Positions 29,140 to 38,552 of a DNA stretch of 64,000 nucleotides are shown one piece after another; position 1 is the stretch's first letter; the number at the start of each line of letters is the position of its first letter. The notes below the pieces were generated by a model. It was not told the origin of the DNA, ran no database searches, and saw only the letters and a program-made list of their open reading frames with translations. The stretch is from an uncultured Chthonomonadaceae bacterium (GTDB lineage: Bacteria > Armatimonadota > Chthonomonadetes > Chthonomonadales > CAJBBX01). The stretch is from the NCBI GenBank assembly GCA_964429855.1, contig CAYSDM010000024.1, forward strand, positions 266 through 64,265, read 5' to 3'. Made by a program: the position numbers and the translations under genes.

Positions 29140-29985
29140 ATGCGATACTATAAACAGGACTGGGCCGTGTCCGGTCCGGTCAAAGAGACCAGCGGCGGAA
29201 GCATTCCGCTCGCCATCCTATTCTCTTTGATCATCTTTATTGCGCTGGGAGTGCTGGCTTTCCTCTTCGGCGGCGCGCTTCCGTCTATCGGGCGCGAAGA
29301 CCTGAAGAATGTGGTGCTCATCATCAGCACGCAGTATCCGGGAGAACAGACGCGATTTTTCACCTCCGGCGTGCTGATTAAGTCGGATGGGACTCTCATC
29401 ACGACCTACAAGAACCTGAACCGGGCAGATCAGGGCGGTAATCTGGTCAAACCAGAGAAGATCGTCGTGATCCTTCCGCCGGAGAAGCAGGGAGACCAGC
29501 CGCGCGAATTTGAAGCGCAGGCGCTGGATGCCAATAAGTCGCCGGAAGAGGCGCTCTCCAGCGATCTGGAGAAGATGTGGCACGACTGGGAACTGGTGAA
29601 GATCAAGAACCCGCCGAAAGGACTGCGCGCCCTGCCCATCGGCGACAGCGCCAGCATCAAGCCGCAGGATAAGGTCACGGTCGCCGGTCTCTCGCAGGCG
29701 CAGCAGCCCATGCGATACGAAGGCATCAATATCGCCGACGGGCAGATCACCAAAGTGGTGCCGCCGAACAATCCCCGCAACTCCATCTACTTTGCGCACG
29801 ATGTCAAGGTGGATCGCGGCAGTTCGGGCAGCGCGGTGGTGGACCAGCGCACCGGACAGATGATCGGTCTGCATATCAAAACCGATACCGACGAGCGAAC
29901 CGGACGTTCGGAGTACTTCGCCGTCCCGTCGCGCAAGCTCGCGGACGCCTGGCGCGCCGCGGGGCTGGATAACTATCCGAAGTAG
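29140..29985 (+). CDS. Paralogous membrane-anchored trypsin-like protein lacking the catalytic His (probable pseudo-protease; cluster gene F)
   Basis: Same MRYYKQDW + TM N-terminus. The aligned His position reads GTLITTYKNL, Asp is kept (HDWELVKI), and the Ser context is GSSGSAVV. Confidence 0.75.
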   Translation: MRYYKQDWAVSGPVKETSGGSIPLAILFSLIIFIALGVLAFLFGGALPSIGREDLKNVVLIISTQYPGEQTRFFTSGVLIKSDGTLITTYKNLNRADQGGNLVKPEKIVVILPPEKQGDQPREFEAQALDANKSPEEALSSDLEKMWHDWELVKIKNPPKGLRALPIGDSASIKPQDKVTVAGLSQAQQPMRYEGINIADGQITKVVPPNNPRNSIYFAHDVKVDRGSSGSAVVDQRTGQMIGLHIKTDTDERTGRSEYFAVPSRKLADAWRAAGLDNYPK

Positions 29986-29999
29986 CAGGAGACGCACCT

Positions 30000-32474
30000 A
30001 TGAACTGCATGGTCTGTCAGCGACAATTCGACCCCAACGATCCCGATATCTGTTACTGTCCGCGCTGCGGATGGTCGCTGGGACAGTTGAGCGTTGCGCT
30101 GCATCCCGAAACCCTGATTCTTGCCGGTCCGCGTCCGGTTCCACTGACCCTGATCTGCCGTAATACCGGATTCGGGAAGCTGAAGTGCGAACTGGATCGC
30201 GACAGCCTGCCGCCGGGCGTTACGCTCGCGCAGGGCAGCGAGTCCTCGCTGCAACTCACCTCGCAGCCTCAGGAGATTCGCCTGCTGGTAGACCCGCGAA
30301 ATCTGGAGAAAAATCTGTCGGTGCTGCCGGTGGTGCTCCACTCGTATGATCGGCGCGGACAGCATCGGATGGATTTTCGTCCGGCGTCTCTGGAAGCGGG
30401 GCGCGTCGCGCAGCCCTGCGCCCTTCCTATTCAGAGAATGCGCTTCGGTCCGGTGCAGATTTTTCAGGAGATGCTGCTGTTTCGCAGCCTTCAGCGCAAA
30501 CAGAAACTTCAGGTGCAGAATCTGGGCGATGTGGAGGTGGTGCTGGCATTGACGGCGCCCTCCGGCTTTCAGCTTCGTTATGGCAGCCAGCCTCCCGCCG
30601 GATCGTTCACCATGCGTTTGAGCGGAACGCCGGTTCCAGAAGAGATCACGGTCGAAGCGACCACAACCGGCGCGCCCGTTCAGCGCGGAGGCGCGCCGCT
30701 GATTCTGCGCGTGGAGGTGGCGGATCTGCCGGATGACAGCCGGGATATTCAACTGCTCTGGATTCCGGAAGAGACGGTCGAGACCCAGCGTAAGCGATGG
30801 ATCATCGGCATTGACTTTGGCACGGCCAAGACCGCCATCTTCTACAGCGACTGCAACCTGCCCCAGCCGCAGCCCCGCCCCGCCAGATGGCTGATGCCGA
30901 CCGGTGATGTTCGCATCAAAGTTCCGTCGGTCATCATGTATCCGTACACCAGCCCGCTTCCGCCGCGCTGCGGTTGGGATGTGCCGGAGACCGCCGAGGT
31001 GGACGGGCGCGATGTGGTGGTGCGCTCCATTAAGAAGCGGCTGACGGACGAGACGGCGATTGAATACGAGTTGTCGGACGGAACCGTTCTGACGGTGGAT
31101 CAGGTGGTCGAACACTATCTGCGGTTTATTGTGGGCAAGTTCCGGCAGCAGGATGCTTTTCGGGGCGAAGGCAACCCGTTTGACAACGCGCAGGTAGTGT
31201 TGAGCCTGCCGGTGCGCGATGATGAGGAGCAGTACGAGGAGCAGAAGCGGCGCACGATCAATGCGGCAGTGCGTGTCGGGTTAAATGAAGACCAGATTCT
31301 CTGCTATACGGAGCCGGAGTGCGCGGCGGTAGACTTTCTGCGTCGGCGGCAGGAGCTAGGCATGACGGTGCAGCAGGGCGACCTGCTGTGCGTCTTCGAC
31401 TGCGGGGCGGGAACGACGGATATCTGCCTGCTTCAGCTTCACTACAGCGGCGGCGAACTCAGCTTCACCCGACGCGCGCTGGCGGGATTCCCCTTCGGCG
31501 GAGACGTGATTGACGAACTGCTGACCCAGTATGTGCTGGATGAGTGGCTGGAGAAGGGCAAGTTCCACGAGTATAACGCCGACTTCTCAATGTTCCATCT
31601 CAAGGGCGAAGCGCAGGCGCGCACACGGCGGTTCCTGCTCTCTGCGCTGCGCCGGGTCAAGGAGCGTCTCGCGTTTGTAGACCCGGATCAGCTTCAGCCC
31701 AACAACGAGCAGAGCGTCTCCTTCAGCTACAACAACGATCCGGCCGACGCGATCCCGATCACCTGGTCTCTGATCGAGACGCTGTTCCGTCCCTATGTGC
31801 AGAAGATTCTCAGCGAGGGCTTTGATCCCAATGATATGATTCCGGACTGGACGAAAGAGCAGCCGCAGGGGCGTCCGGTGGGAGTGAAGCTGCCTTCGCT
31901 CAACTCCGTGCTGTGGCGCGAGGGGCTGGATGCCGTGGACATCCGCTGGCTCTGTCTGACGGGAGGAAGCAGTTTTATCCCGTTCCTGGTGAAGATGCTG
32001 CAGAATATGTTCCCGCACGCCGCGCTGGTTCCTCCGGTCACCATGATCCCGGATATGCTGCGTGAGCAGGATACGCCGATGACCCTCAATGTGGCGCAGG
32101 GCGCGGCGGCGCGCCCCCTCTACCGGGTCGAGGGACAGCTTCCGCTGGACTACCTGCTTCAGTATAGCTCCAGCAGCGGAATGACCGAACCGACCGTTGT
32201 GCTGACCAAAGGCGGCGCGCCGGGCAAGATCGGACCGCAGCAGGCGTACCGGCTGATGGCGGGTGATACCGGCACGCTCCGGCTGATCGCGCAGGTTGGC
32301 GGAGAGCGTGGAACCGTCTACAAGAAAATCCTGAAAAACCCGTATGAGGACAAGCATATCAGCGTGCTGGCGCAGGTCGAATACGGACGTGATATGAAGG
32401 TCTATCTGACCATCTCCTTCGGGGTAGACAACGACGTGATACCTATTCTGGAGAAGATCGCCGTCGTCGAATAG
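30000..32474 (+). CDS. Hsp70/actin-fold ATPase with N-terminal zinc ribbon and two beta-sandwich-like domains (cluster gene G)
   Basis: CMVCQ..11..CYCPRCG. Phosphate-1 IIGIDFGTAKTAIFYS, phosphate-2 VFDCGAGTTDICLLQL, adenosine motif LCLTGGSSFIPFLVKML. Short beta-rich C-terminus with no helical lid. Confidence 0.85.
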   Translation: MNCMVCQRQFDPNDPDICYCPRCGWSLGQLSVALHPETLILAGPRPVPLTLICRNTGFGKLKCELDRDSLPPGVTLAQGSESSLQLTSQPQEIRLLVDPRNLEKNLSVLPVVLHSYDRRGQHRMDFRPASLEAGRVAQPCALPIQRMRFGPVQIFQEMLLFRSLQRKQKLQVQNLGDVEVVLALTAPSGFQLRYGSQPPAGSFTMRLSGTPVPEEITVEATTTGAPVQRGGAPLILRVEVADLPDDSRDIQLLWIPEETVETQRKRWIIGIDFGTAKTAIFYSDCNLPQPQPRPARWLMPTGDVRIKVPSVIMYPYTSPLPPRCGWDVPETAEVDGRDVVVRSIKKRLTDETAIEYELSDGTVLTVDQVVEHYLRFIVGKFRQQDAFRGEGNPFDNAQVVLSLPVRDDEEQYEEQKRRTINAAVRVGLNEDQILCYTEPECAAVDFLRRRQELGMTVQQGDLLCVFDCGAGTTDICLLQLHYSGGELSFTRRALAGFPFGGDVIDELLTQYVLDEWLEKGKFHEYNADFSMFHLKGEAQARTRRFLLSALRRVKERLAFVDPDQLQPNNEQSVSFSYNNDPADAIPITWSLIETLFRPYVQKILSEGFDPNDMIPDWTKEQPQGRPVGVKLPSLNSVLWREGLDAVDIRWLCLTGGSSFIPFLVKMLQNMFPHAALVPPVTMIPDMLREQDTPMTLNVAQGAAARPLYRVEGQLPLDYLLQYSSSSGMTEPTVVLTKGGAPGKIGPQQAYRLMAGDTGTLRLIAQVGGERGTVYKKILKNPYEDKHISVLAQVEYGRDMKVYLTISFGVDNDVIPILEKIAVVE

Positions 32475-32508
32475 TCTACTGTGCGAACCATGACGCATGA
32501 GGGATCCC

Positions 32509-34524
32509 ATGAAGATGACCCCCTATTCCATGCCATGTTTAAGCGTCAGGCGACTGCGCCTGCTGCCGATTCTTGCGCTGCTGCTGCTGTCGCTGCCGTT
32601 AGACGCGCAGTCAGTCTATACCCCCTGGCAGAAGGGGAACGGAAAGATACAACCGACCGGTGACAGGCAGGCGATAATACAGCCGCCGAAGGCCGCCGGG
32701 GAGTATGCCTTCATTCAGTTGAACGAACTCAAGGGAAAGAGCTGGAGCGTTCAGGCTAAAGTCATTCTGGAGGGTGTCGTTCCGACGAATCTGCCGAAAA
32801 ATGCCATCACTCCGATCTTTCAGCTAAACAATAAGATGGCTGAACCGGGTAAGTGGAACTACCAGATGGCGCTGAGTCTGGACTGGGGGCAGGATGGCAA
32901 ATCCACGCCGCGCATCGCGCTCCCTCAGGGTCTGAGACGCGACTTTCAGCCGATCCAACTGCCTCAGGTCTTCCATGTTCGCGTCCAGCGCAAAGAAGAT
33001 CAGGTAACCATCGCGCTGCTGAAAGAGAGCAGCGAGCCGCCGCTGAGCGAAGTCACTCTTCCCGCCACCGGAGATACCCTCTACATGACATGGGGTTCGC
33101 TGGGGACCGATACGAAACACACCACCTTTGAATGGCGGATCAACGATCTGGAGATCAAGCAGGGAGAAGCCGCCAGCCCCGGCGTGACTCCCCAACCCGT
33201 ACAGAATCAAGGGGGGGCGGCGGAGGGGCAGCCACAGGCGGAGGATCCCCGCGTGAGCAAGGCGACACAGCAGGCGGGAGGCGCGCTCGTGCTGGGCGCG
33301 CTTGCGCTGCTGGCGTCGCTGCTGGCAATTGTGCTGACCGTCGTGACCTTTGTGCTGAACCGCGGAAAAGGAGCCAAAGATTCCGGGGAACTGCCCGGCA
33401 AAATCACCGCCATCGAAACGCGGGTGAATACGCTCAACAGTCAGATGGCGACCAAACAGGATATCCAGAACAGCCGGGAGCAGATCACGAAAGACCTGAC
33501 AGAGAGGGTGCAGCAGGGTTTCGTAAAACTGGATGATCGGATGAAGGCGGCGGAGGCGGCGGTTCAGTCCGCCAGCTCCTCCGCGCCGCCGTCCTCCAGT
33601 GATGGACTGGACTATCGTGTGCAAAGCTGTGAGGCGCAACTGCAGCAGATCGCCGGGCAGATTCAGAATCAGAACAGCGACATCAGCAACCTTCGCGCCA
33701 CGCTGAATACGCTGATGGATAAGATCACTCTCCTGAATCGCGCGCTCCAGCAGATGGAGCAGGCGCAGCGCAACGCCCAGCAGGTTCAGACGACGGCTGC
33801 CGTCTCCCCCTCCACGCCAACTGCGAACGCCGGGACCGTGGAACCCGGTCTGGAAGATCGTTATCATACGACCCATCCGGCGACAACGCCAGCGGTCACC
33901 ATCATCCAGAGCGGGCCGAGCGGGACGCCGCCCGCCGATAACGGCGGAACGGTTGTCTCCTCCACGCCGCCTGCATCCTCTAACGCTCCTCTCTGGGAGA
34001 CACAGTGGAGGCAGCTCCGGCAGAGCCTCAACGCCCATCGCGCTTCGGTAACCGTCGAGAGCTTCAGCAAAGACCTGGATATGCTGGAGACCTACTTCAA
34101 GACGCTGATCGAAAAGTGGGAGACGCTCAAGCCGCCCGCCGAAGACGCGCATATGTGGGATGAGTGGCTGTTCAGTAATCTGGACTACCATCTCTATCAG
34201 GCGCCGCGCCTGACCTCGCTCGGAGAGGTTTCGCCGGAGATTCGAGGCGCGCTGGAGCGGATGCGCTCCGTGATCGAACAGGCGCAGGAGGCGCGCAAAG
34301 CGCAGTTGCGCGAGTGGGAACTGGAACGAATCGAGGGCGTTCCCGGCAAAGACCGCGCCACCGCCTATGTCATGGAAGCCGACCCGGAGAACCCGCCGGA
34401 GCCGACCACCGATCCGCGAAAGGACTACACCTTCTCGCATATCGTTCCCGGCAGAGGCGGATACCGGTTCCGGGGGCGCGTGCTGCGGAAAACGCACGCC
34501 GTTTTCTATCAGTTCAAGGGATAG
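32509..34524 (+). CDS. Single-pass receptor-like protein: signal peptide, beta-rich ectodomain, TM, long coiled coil, C-terminal domain (cluster gene H)
   Basis: Signal peptide [52 protein letters not shown]-rich heptad region ([24 protein letters not shown] ... [29 protein letters not shown]). GAGGGA SD supports ATG 32509. Confidence 0.7.
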   Translation: MKMTPYSMPCLSVRRLRLLPILALLLLSLPLDAQSVYTPWQKGNGKIQPTGDRQAIIQPPKAAGEYAFIQLNELKGKSWSVQAKVILEGVVPTNLPKNAITPIFQLNNKMAEPGKWNYQMALSLDWGQDGKSTPRIALPQGLRRDFQPIQLPQVFHVRVQRKEDQVTIALLKESSEPPLSEVTLPATGDTLYMTWGSLGTDTKHTTFEWRINDLEIKQGEAASPGVTPQPVQNQGGAAEGQPQAEDPRVSKATQQAGGALVLGALALLASLLAIVLTVVTFVLNRGKGAKDSGELPGKITAIETRVNTLNSQMATKQDIQNSREQITKDLTERVQQGFVKLDDRMKAAEAAVQSASSSAPPSSSDGLDYRVQSCEAQLQQIAGQIQNQNSDISNLRATLNTLMDKITLLNRALQQMEQAQRNAQQVQTTAAVSPSTPTANAGTVEPGLEDRYHTTHPATTPAVTIIQSGPSGTPPADNGGTVVSSTPPASSNAPLWETQWRQLRQSLNAHRASVTVESFSKDLDMLETYFKTLIEKWETLKPPAEDAHMWDEWLFSNLDYHLYQAPRLTSLGEVSPEIRGALERMRSVIEQAQEARKAQLREWELERIEGVPGKDRATAYVMEADPENPPEPTTDPRKDYTFSHIVPGRGGYRFRGRVLRKTHAVFYQFKG

Positions 34525-34541
34525 TCGAAGGGAGTGGCTCT

Positions 34542-36101
34542 GTGACGACTGCCGCCGCGCCGTTTGCGCTGGAGATGCGTAACATCGCCAAGTCCTACCC
34601 CGGCGTTCGCGCGCTGGAGGATGTGAGTCTTCAGGTTGCGCCGGGAGAAGTTCACGCGCTGGTCGGCGAAAACGGAGCGGGCAAGTCTACCCTGATGAAG
34701 ATTCTCGCCGGGGCGCAGCCGAAAGACTCCGGCTTCATTCTGCTGAACGGACACCCGGTGAACATCGTCAGCCCGCAGCAGGCGATGGATCTCGGCATCT
34801 CCATCATCTACCAGGAGTTTAACCTCGTCCCCTACCTGAACGCCGCCGAGAACATCTTTCTCGGGCGAGAGCCGGGGGCGAAGATTCCCGGTTTTGTGGA
34901 CTTCGGGCGCATGTACCGCGAGTCGCAGGCGATCATTGACCGTCTCGGTGTCCCGGTCAATGTTCGCACACCCGTCAATCGCCTCTCCGTCGCGCAGCAG
35001 CAGATGGTCGAGATTGCCAAGGCGACCTCCCGTAAAAGTCGCATCATCGTGATGGATGAACCCTCCGCCACCCTGACGGAGCATGAGCTTCAGAGCCTCT
35101 TCAACCTGATCCGCCAACTGAAGCGCGAAGGCGTCGCCATCGTCTACATCTCCCATCGGCTGGAAGAGATTTTCGAGATATGCGACCGTGTGACGGTGCT
35201 TCGTGACGGACACTGGATCGCCACCGAGAATATCGGCGATCTCAAACGCGAAGATATCATCCGCCTGATGGTAGGACGCGAACTCAAACAGATGATTCCC
35301 AAAGAGACCGCTCCGATCGGCGCGCCGGCTCTGGAGGTGCGGAATCTGTCGCGTAAAGGCGTGCTGCGCGAGATTAACCTGACCGTTCATCAGGGAGAGA
35401 TTCTCGGGCTGGCGGGACTTGTGGGAGCCGGTCGCACGGAACTGGCGCGCGCCATCTTCGGAGCCGATCCGATAGACGGCGGATACATTCAGCTTTTTGG
35501 GAAACCGGTGCGAATCCGTTCTCCGCGACAGGCGATCCAGATGGGGATTGGCCTGGTGACCGAAGATCGAAAGGCGCAGGGGCTGGTGCTGGGCATGGCG
35601 GTGCGCGAAAACATCACTCTCGCCAACCTGCCCGCCCTATCGGTACTGAACTTCATTCAGGCGGGGCGCGAACGCGAAGTCGCCCGTAAATATGTCAACG
35701 ACCTCTCCGTGAAGACGCCCACCATTGAGCAGACGGTACAGAACCTCTCCGGCGGCAATCAGCAGAAGGTGGTTCTTGCCAAGTGGCTCTTTACACAGTC
35801 GAAAGTACTGATCTTCGATGAGCCGACGCGCGGCATTGATGTCGGCGCAAAAACCGAAATCTATCAGTTGATGAACAGACTGGCGGCGCAGGGCGCAGCC
35901 ATTATCATGATCTCCTCGGAACTGCCGGAAGTGCTCGGAATGAGCGACCGTATTCTGGTGATGCATGAGGGAAGAATTGCCGGTGAGTTATCTCGTCAGG
36001 AGGCGACCCAGGAGAAGATCATGCATCTGGCGACAGGCGGAGACCACGAGGAGGAGTCGCCATCGCCGAACAGGGAGAAAATAGACGAGACCAAAGCCTG
36101 A
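34542..36101 (+). CDS. Sugar-type (RbsA/MglA-like) tandem-domain ABC transporter ATP-binding protein
   Basis: GTG 34542 with GAAGGGAG SD. Walker [24 protein letters not shown], second-half signature [15 protein letters not shown], Walker [12 protein letters not shown]. No permease or binding-protein gene is adjacent. Confidence 0.85.
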   Translation: MTTAAAPFALEMRNIAKSYPGVRALEDVSLQVAPGEVHALVGENGAGKSTLMKILAGAQPKDSGFILLNGHPVNIVSPQQAMDLGISIIYQEFNLVPYLNAAENIFLGREPGAKIPGFVDFGRMYRESQAIIDRLGVPVNVRTPVNRLSVAQQQMVEIAKATSRKSRIIVMDEPSATLTEHELQSLFNLIRQLKREGVAIVYISHRLEEIFEICDRVTVLRDGHWIATENIGDLKREDIIRLMVGRELKQMIPKETAPIGAPALEVRNLSRKGVLREINLTVHQGEILGLAGLVGAGRTELARAIFGADPIDGGYIQLFGKPVRIRSPRQAIQMGIGLVTEDRKAQGLVLGMAVRENITLANLPALSVLNFIQAGREREVARKYVNDLSVKTPTIEQTVQNLSGGNQQKVVLAKWLFTQSKVLIFDEPTRGIDVGAKTEIYQLMNRLAAQGAAIIMISSELPEVLGMSDRILVMHEGRIAGELSRQEATQEKIMHLATGGDHEEESPSPNREKIDETKA

Positions 36102-36149
36102 GAACGCAATCCGCTGAATGATGGAGCATATCGCAGAGAAAGGAGGGCA

Positions 36150-38405
36150 ATGATGCCTATCCTGCAAGAAGAAGCTCTTAACTATCATGCCGCTTATCCT
36201 GCCGGTAAACTCTCTGTCGTCCCCACAAAACCGTGCAGGACTCAACGCGACCTCAGTCTGGCATATACGCCGGGAGTCGCGATCCCCTGTCTGGAAATCC
36301 ATCGAGACCCGAGCCTGATCTACCAGTACACCGCGCGTGGCAATCTCGTAGCCGTCATCTCCAACGGAACCGCCGTGCTGGGTCTGGGCAACATTGGGGC
36401 GGGAGCCGGCAAGCCCGTCATGGAGGGCAAAGCCGTCCTCTTCAAGCGTTTCGCCGATATTGATGTCTTCGACATCGAACTGGCGACCGAAAACCCCGCG
36501 GAGATTATTCGCACCTGTCAGCTTCTGGAGCCTACCTTCGGCGGCATCAATCTGGAGGACATCAAAGCGCCGGAATGTTTTGAGATAGAAGAGGAACTGA
36601 AGCGCACCATGCAGATTCCGGTGTTCCATGATGACCAGCATGGAACCGCCATCATCTCTGGAGCCGCGCTTATCAATGCGCTGGAACTGGTGGGAAAATC
36701 CATCTCCGAGGTGAAGCTGGTCATCAATGGAGCCGGAGCGAGCGGTATCTCCTGTGCCAGACACTACCTCAAACTGGGCGTACAACCGGAGAATATCACC
36801 TTCTGCGACAGCAAAGGGGTGATCTATACGGGTCGCAAAGAGGGTATGAACCGTTACAAGGAGTGTTTCGCGCGCGAAACCGATCTTCGCACGCTGGAGG
36901 AGGCGCTGTGTGGCGCGGATGTATTCGTCGGACTCTCCGCTGCCAACTGCGTCAGCCCGGAGATGCTCAAGGTGATGGCGGACGATCCAGTGGTCTTCGC
37001 GATGGCCAACCCCGACCCCGAAATTCCCTATGATGTCGCGAAGGCCGCGCGCCCCGACATCGTGATGGCGACCGGACGCTCCGACTATCCGAATCAGGTG
37101 AATAATGTGCTGGGCTTCCCCTTCATCTTTCGAGGCGCGCTGGATGTGCGGGCGACCGCCATCAACGACGAGATGAAACTGGCGGCGACCCGCGCGCTGG
37201 CGGATCTGGCGAAGGAGGATGTGCCCGACTCGGTGCGACGCGCCTACGGAGTGGAGTTGATGGAGTTCGGTCGGGACTACATTATTCCCAAGCCGTTCGA
37301 TTCGCGGGTGCTGATCCGGGAGGCGTCCGCGGTGGCGCTGGCGGCGATGGAGACCGGCGTCGCCCGGCAGCCGATAGATATCGAGGAGTATCAGGATCAA
37401 CTGGAACGGCGTCTGGGAAAAGCGCATGAGGTGATGCGCGTGATGATCCACAAAGCGCAGCGCAAGCCCCGCCGCATCGTCTTTCCGGAGGGCGAAGAGC
37501 CGAAAATCCTGCGCGCCTGTCAGATGCTGGCGGATGAGCATATCGGTATTCCGGTGCTGATCGGTCGTGAAGAGATCATTCGACAGAATATCGCCGAACT
37601 GCATCTGCATCTGTCGGAGGTAGAAGTGATCGAGCCGCAGAAGTTCCCGCGTCTCGCCGACTACTGCGAGACGCTCTACCGGCTTCGGCAGCGAAAAGGG
37701 GTGACCTCGCAGGAGGCGCAGCAGCTCATTCTGGATCGAAACACCTTCGCGGCGATGATGGTCTACAAGGGAGACGCGGATGCGCTGATCGGTGGACTGA
37801 CGCAGCACTACCCCGACACGCTGCGCCCCGCCCTGCAGGTGATTCCGGTCACGGAAGGATTTCATCGGGTCTCCGGCGTCTATATGCTGATTACTCCGAA
37901 GGGGCATCTCTACTTTCTGGCGGACTGCACGGTCAATATCGAGCCGACGGCGGAAGAGCTTGCGGAGATCGCCATCAGCACGGCGAATGTGGCGCGAGAG
38001 TTCGATGTCGAGCCGCGAGTTGCCATGCTCTCCTTCTCCAACTTCGGCAGCACCCGGCATCCCCTCTCCGAGAAGATGCGGCAGGCGACGGAGATCGTCA
38101 AGCGGCGCGCCCCGGAACTGATGGTGGATGGCGAAATGCAGGCGGACACCGCCGTTACGCCCGAGATTCTGGAGGAGACCTACCCCTTCAGTTCGCTGAA
38201 AGGCAGCGCGAATGTGCTGATTTTTCCCAATCTGGAGTCGGCGAACATCGCCTACAAACTGCTGAACCGAATCGGCGGCGTCGAGGTGCTGGGTCCGATT
38301 CTGGTGGGGATGTCCCGCCCGGTTCATGTGCTTCAGCGCGGCGCGGAGGTCAACGACATCGTGAACATGGCGACGATAGCGGTGGTGGACGCGCAGTCGG
38401 ATTAG
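36150..38405 (+). CDS. maeB: NADP-dependent malic enzyme with C-terminal phosphotransacetylase-like domain
   Basis: [52 protein letters not shown]. The 751-aa length fits the MaeB architecture. Confidence 0.95.
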   Translation: MMPILQEEALNYHAAYPAGKLSVVPTKPCRTQRDLSLAYTPGVAIPCLEIHRDPSLIYQYTARGNLVAVISNGTAVLGLGNIGAGAGKPVMEGKAVLFKRFADIDVFDIELATENPAEIIRTCQLLEPTFGGINLEDIKAPECFEIEEELKRTMQIPVFHDDQHGTAIISGAALINALELVGKSISEVKLVINGAGASGISCARHYLKLGVQPENITFCDSKGVIYTGRKEGMNRYKECFARETDLRTLEEALCGADVFVGLSAANCVSPEMLKVMADDPVVFAMANPDPEIPYDVAKAARPDIVMATGRSDYPNQVNNVLGFPFIFRGALDVRATAINDEMKLAATRALADLAKEDVPDSVRRAYGVELMEFGRDYIIPKPFDSRVLIREASAVALAAMETGVARQPIDIEEYQDQLERRLGKAHEVMRVMIHKAQRKPRRIVFPEGEEPKILRACQMLADEHIGIPVLIGREEIIRQNIAELHLHLSEVEVIEPQKFPRLADYCETLYRLRQRKGVTSQEAQQLILDRNTFAAMMVYKGDADALIGGLTQHYPDTLRPALQVIPVTEGFHRVSGVYMLITPKGHLYFLADCTVNIEPTAEELAEIAISTANVAREFDVEPRVAMLSFSNFGSTRHPLSEKMRQATEIVKRRAPELMVDGEMQADTAVTPEILEETYPFSSLKGSANVLIFPNLESANIAYKLLNRIGGVEVLGPILVGMSRPVHVLQRGAEVNDIVNMATIAVVDAQSD

Positions 38406-38426
38406 TTCCGGGTCACCCACACAGGG

Positions 38427-38448
38427 AGGGCTGGCTTCCGCCAGCCCT
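38427..38448 (+). terminator. Hairpin downstream of maeB
   Basis: 9-bp stem agggctggc / gccagccct with loop ttcc and a weak T-tract. Confidence 0.4.
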
Positions 38449-38552
38449 TCGCGCCTGTCTGCCGGACAAAGAGGATTGCCGGGAGACGATGAAGAATAGT
38501 GCCGCTGTCTGATAAGTCTGAAGATGCACTGTGGAGAAGGGAGAGATCATCC

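Noticed and set aside
32824-34497. 557-aa minus-strand ORF opposite cluster gene H
   Set aside because: The + strand product has a signal peptide, a TM helix, heptad repeats, an SD and operon context. The minus-strand product is an Arg-rich low-information sequence.
34314-34541. N-terminal extension of the ABC ATPase ORF
   Set aside because: It would overlap gene H by 210 nt and encodes Arg-rich junk. GTG 34542 has a strong SD and yields the normal ABC N-terminus.
35988-38420. 810-aa ORF on the minus strand
   Set aside because: It is exactly antisense to a complete, motif-rich malic enzyme gene. The product is Arg/His/Leu-rich with no motif, a typical high-GC shadow ORF.
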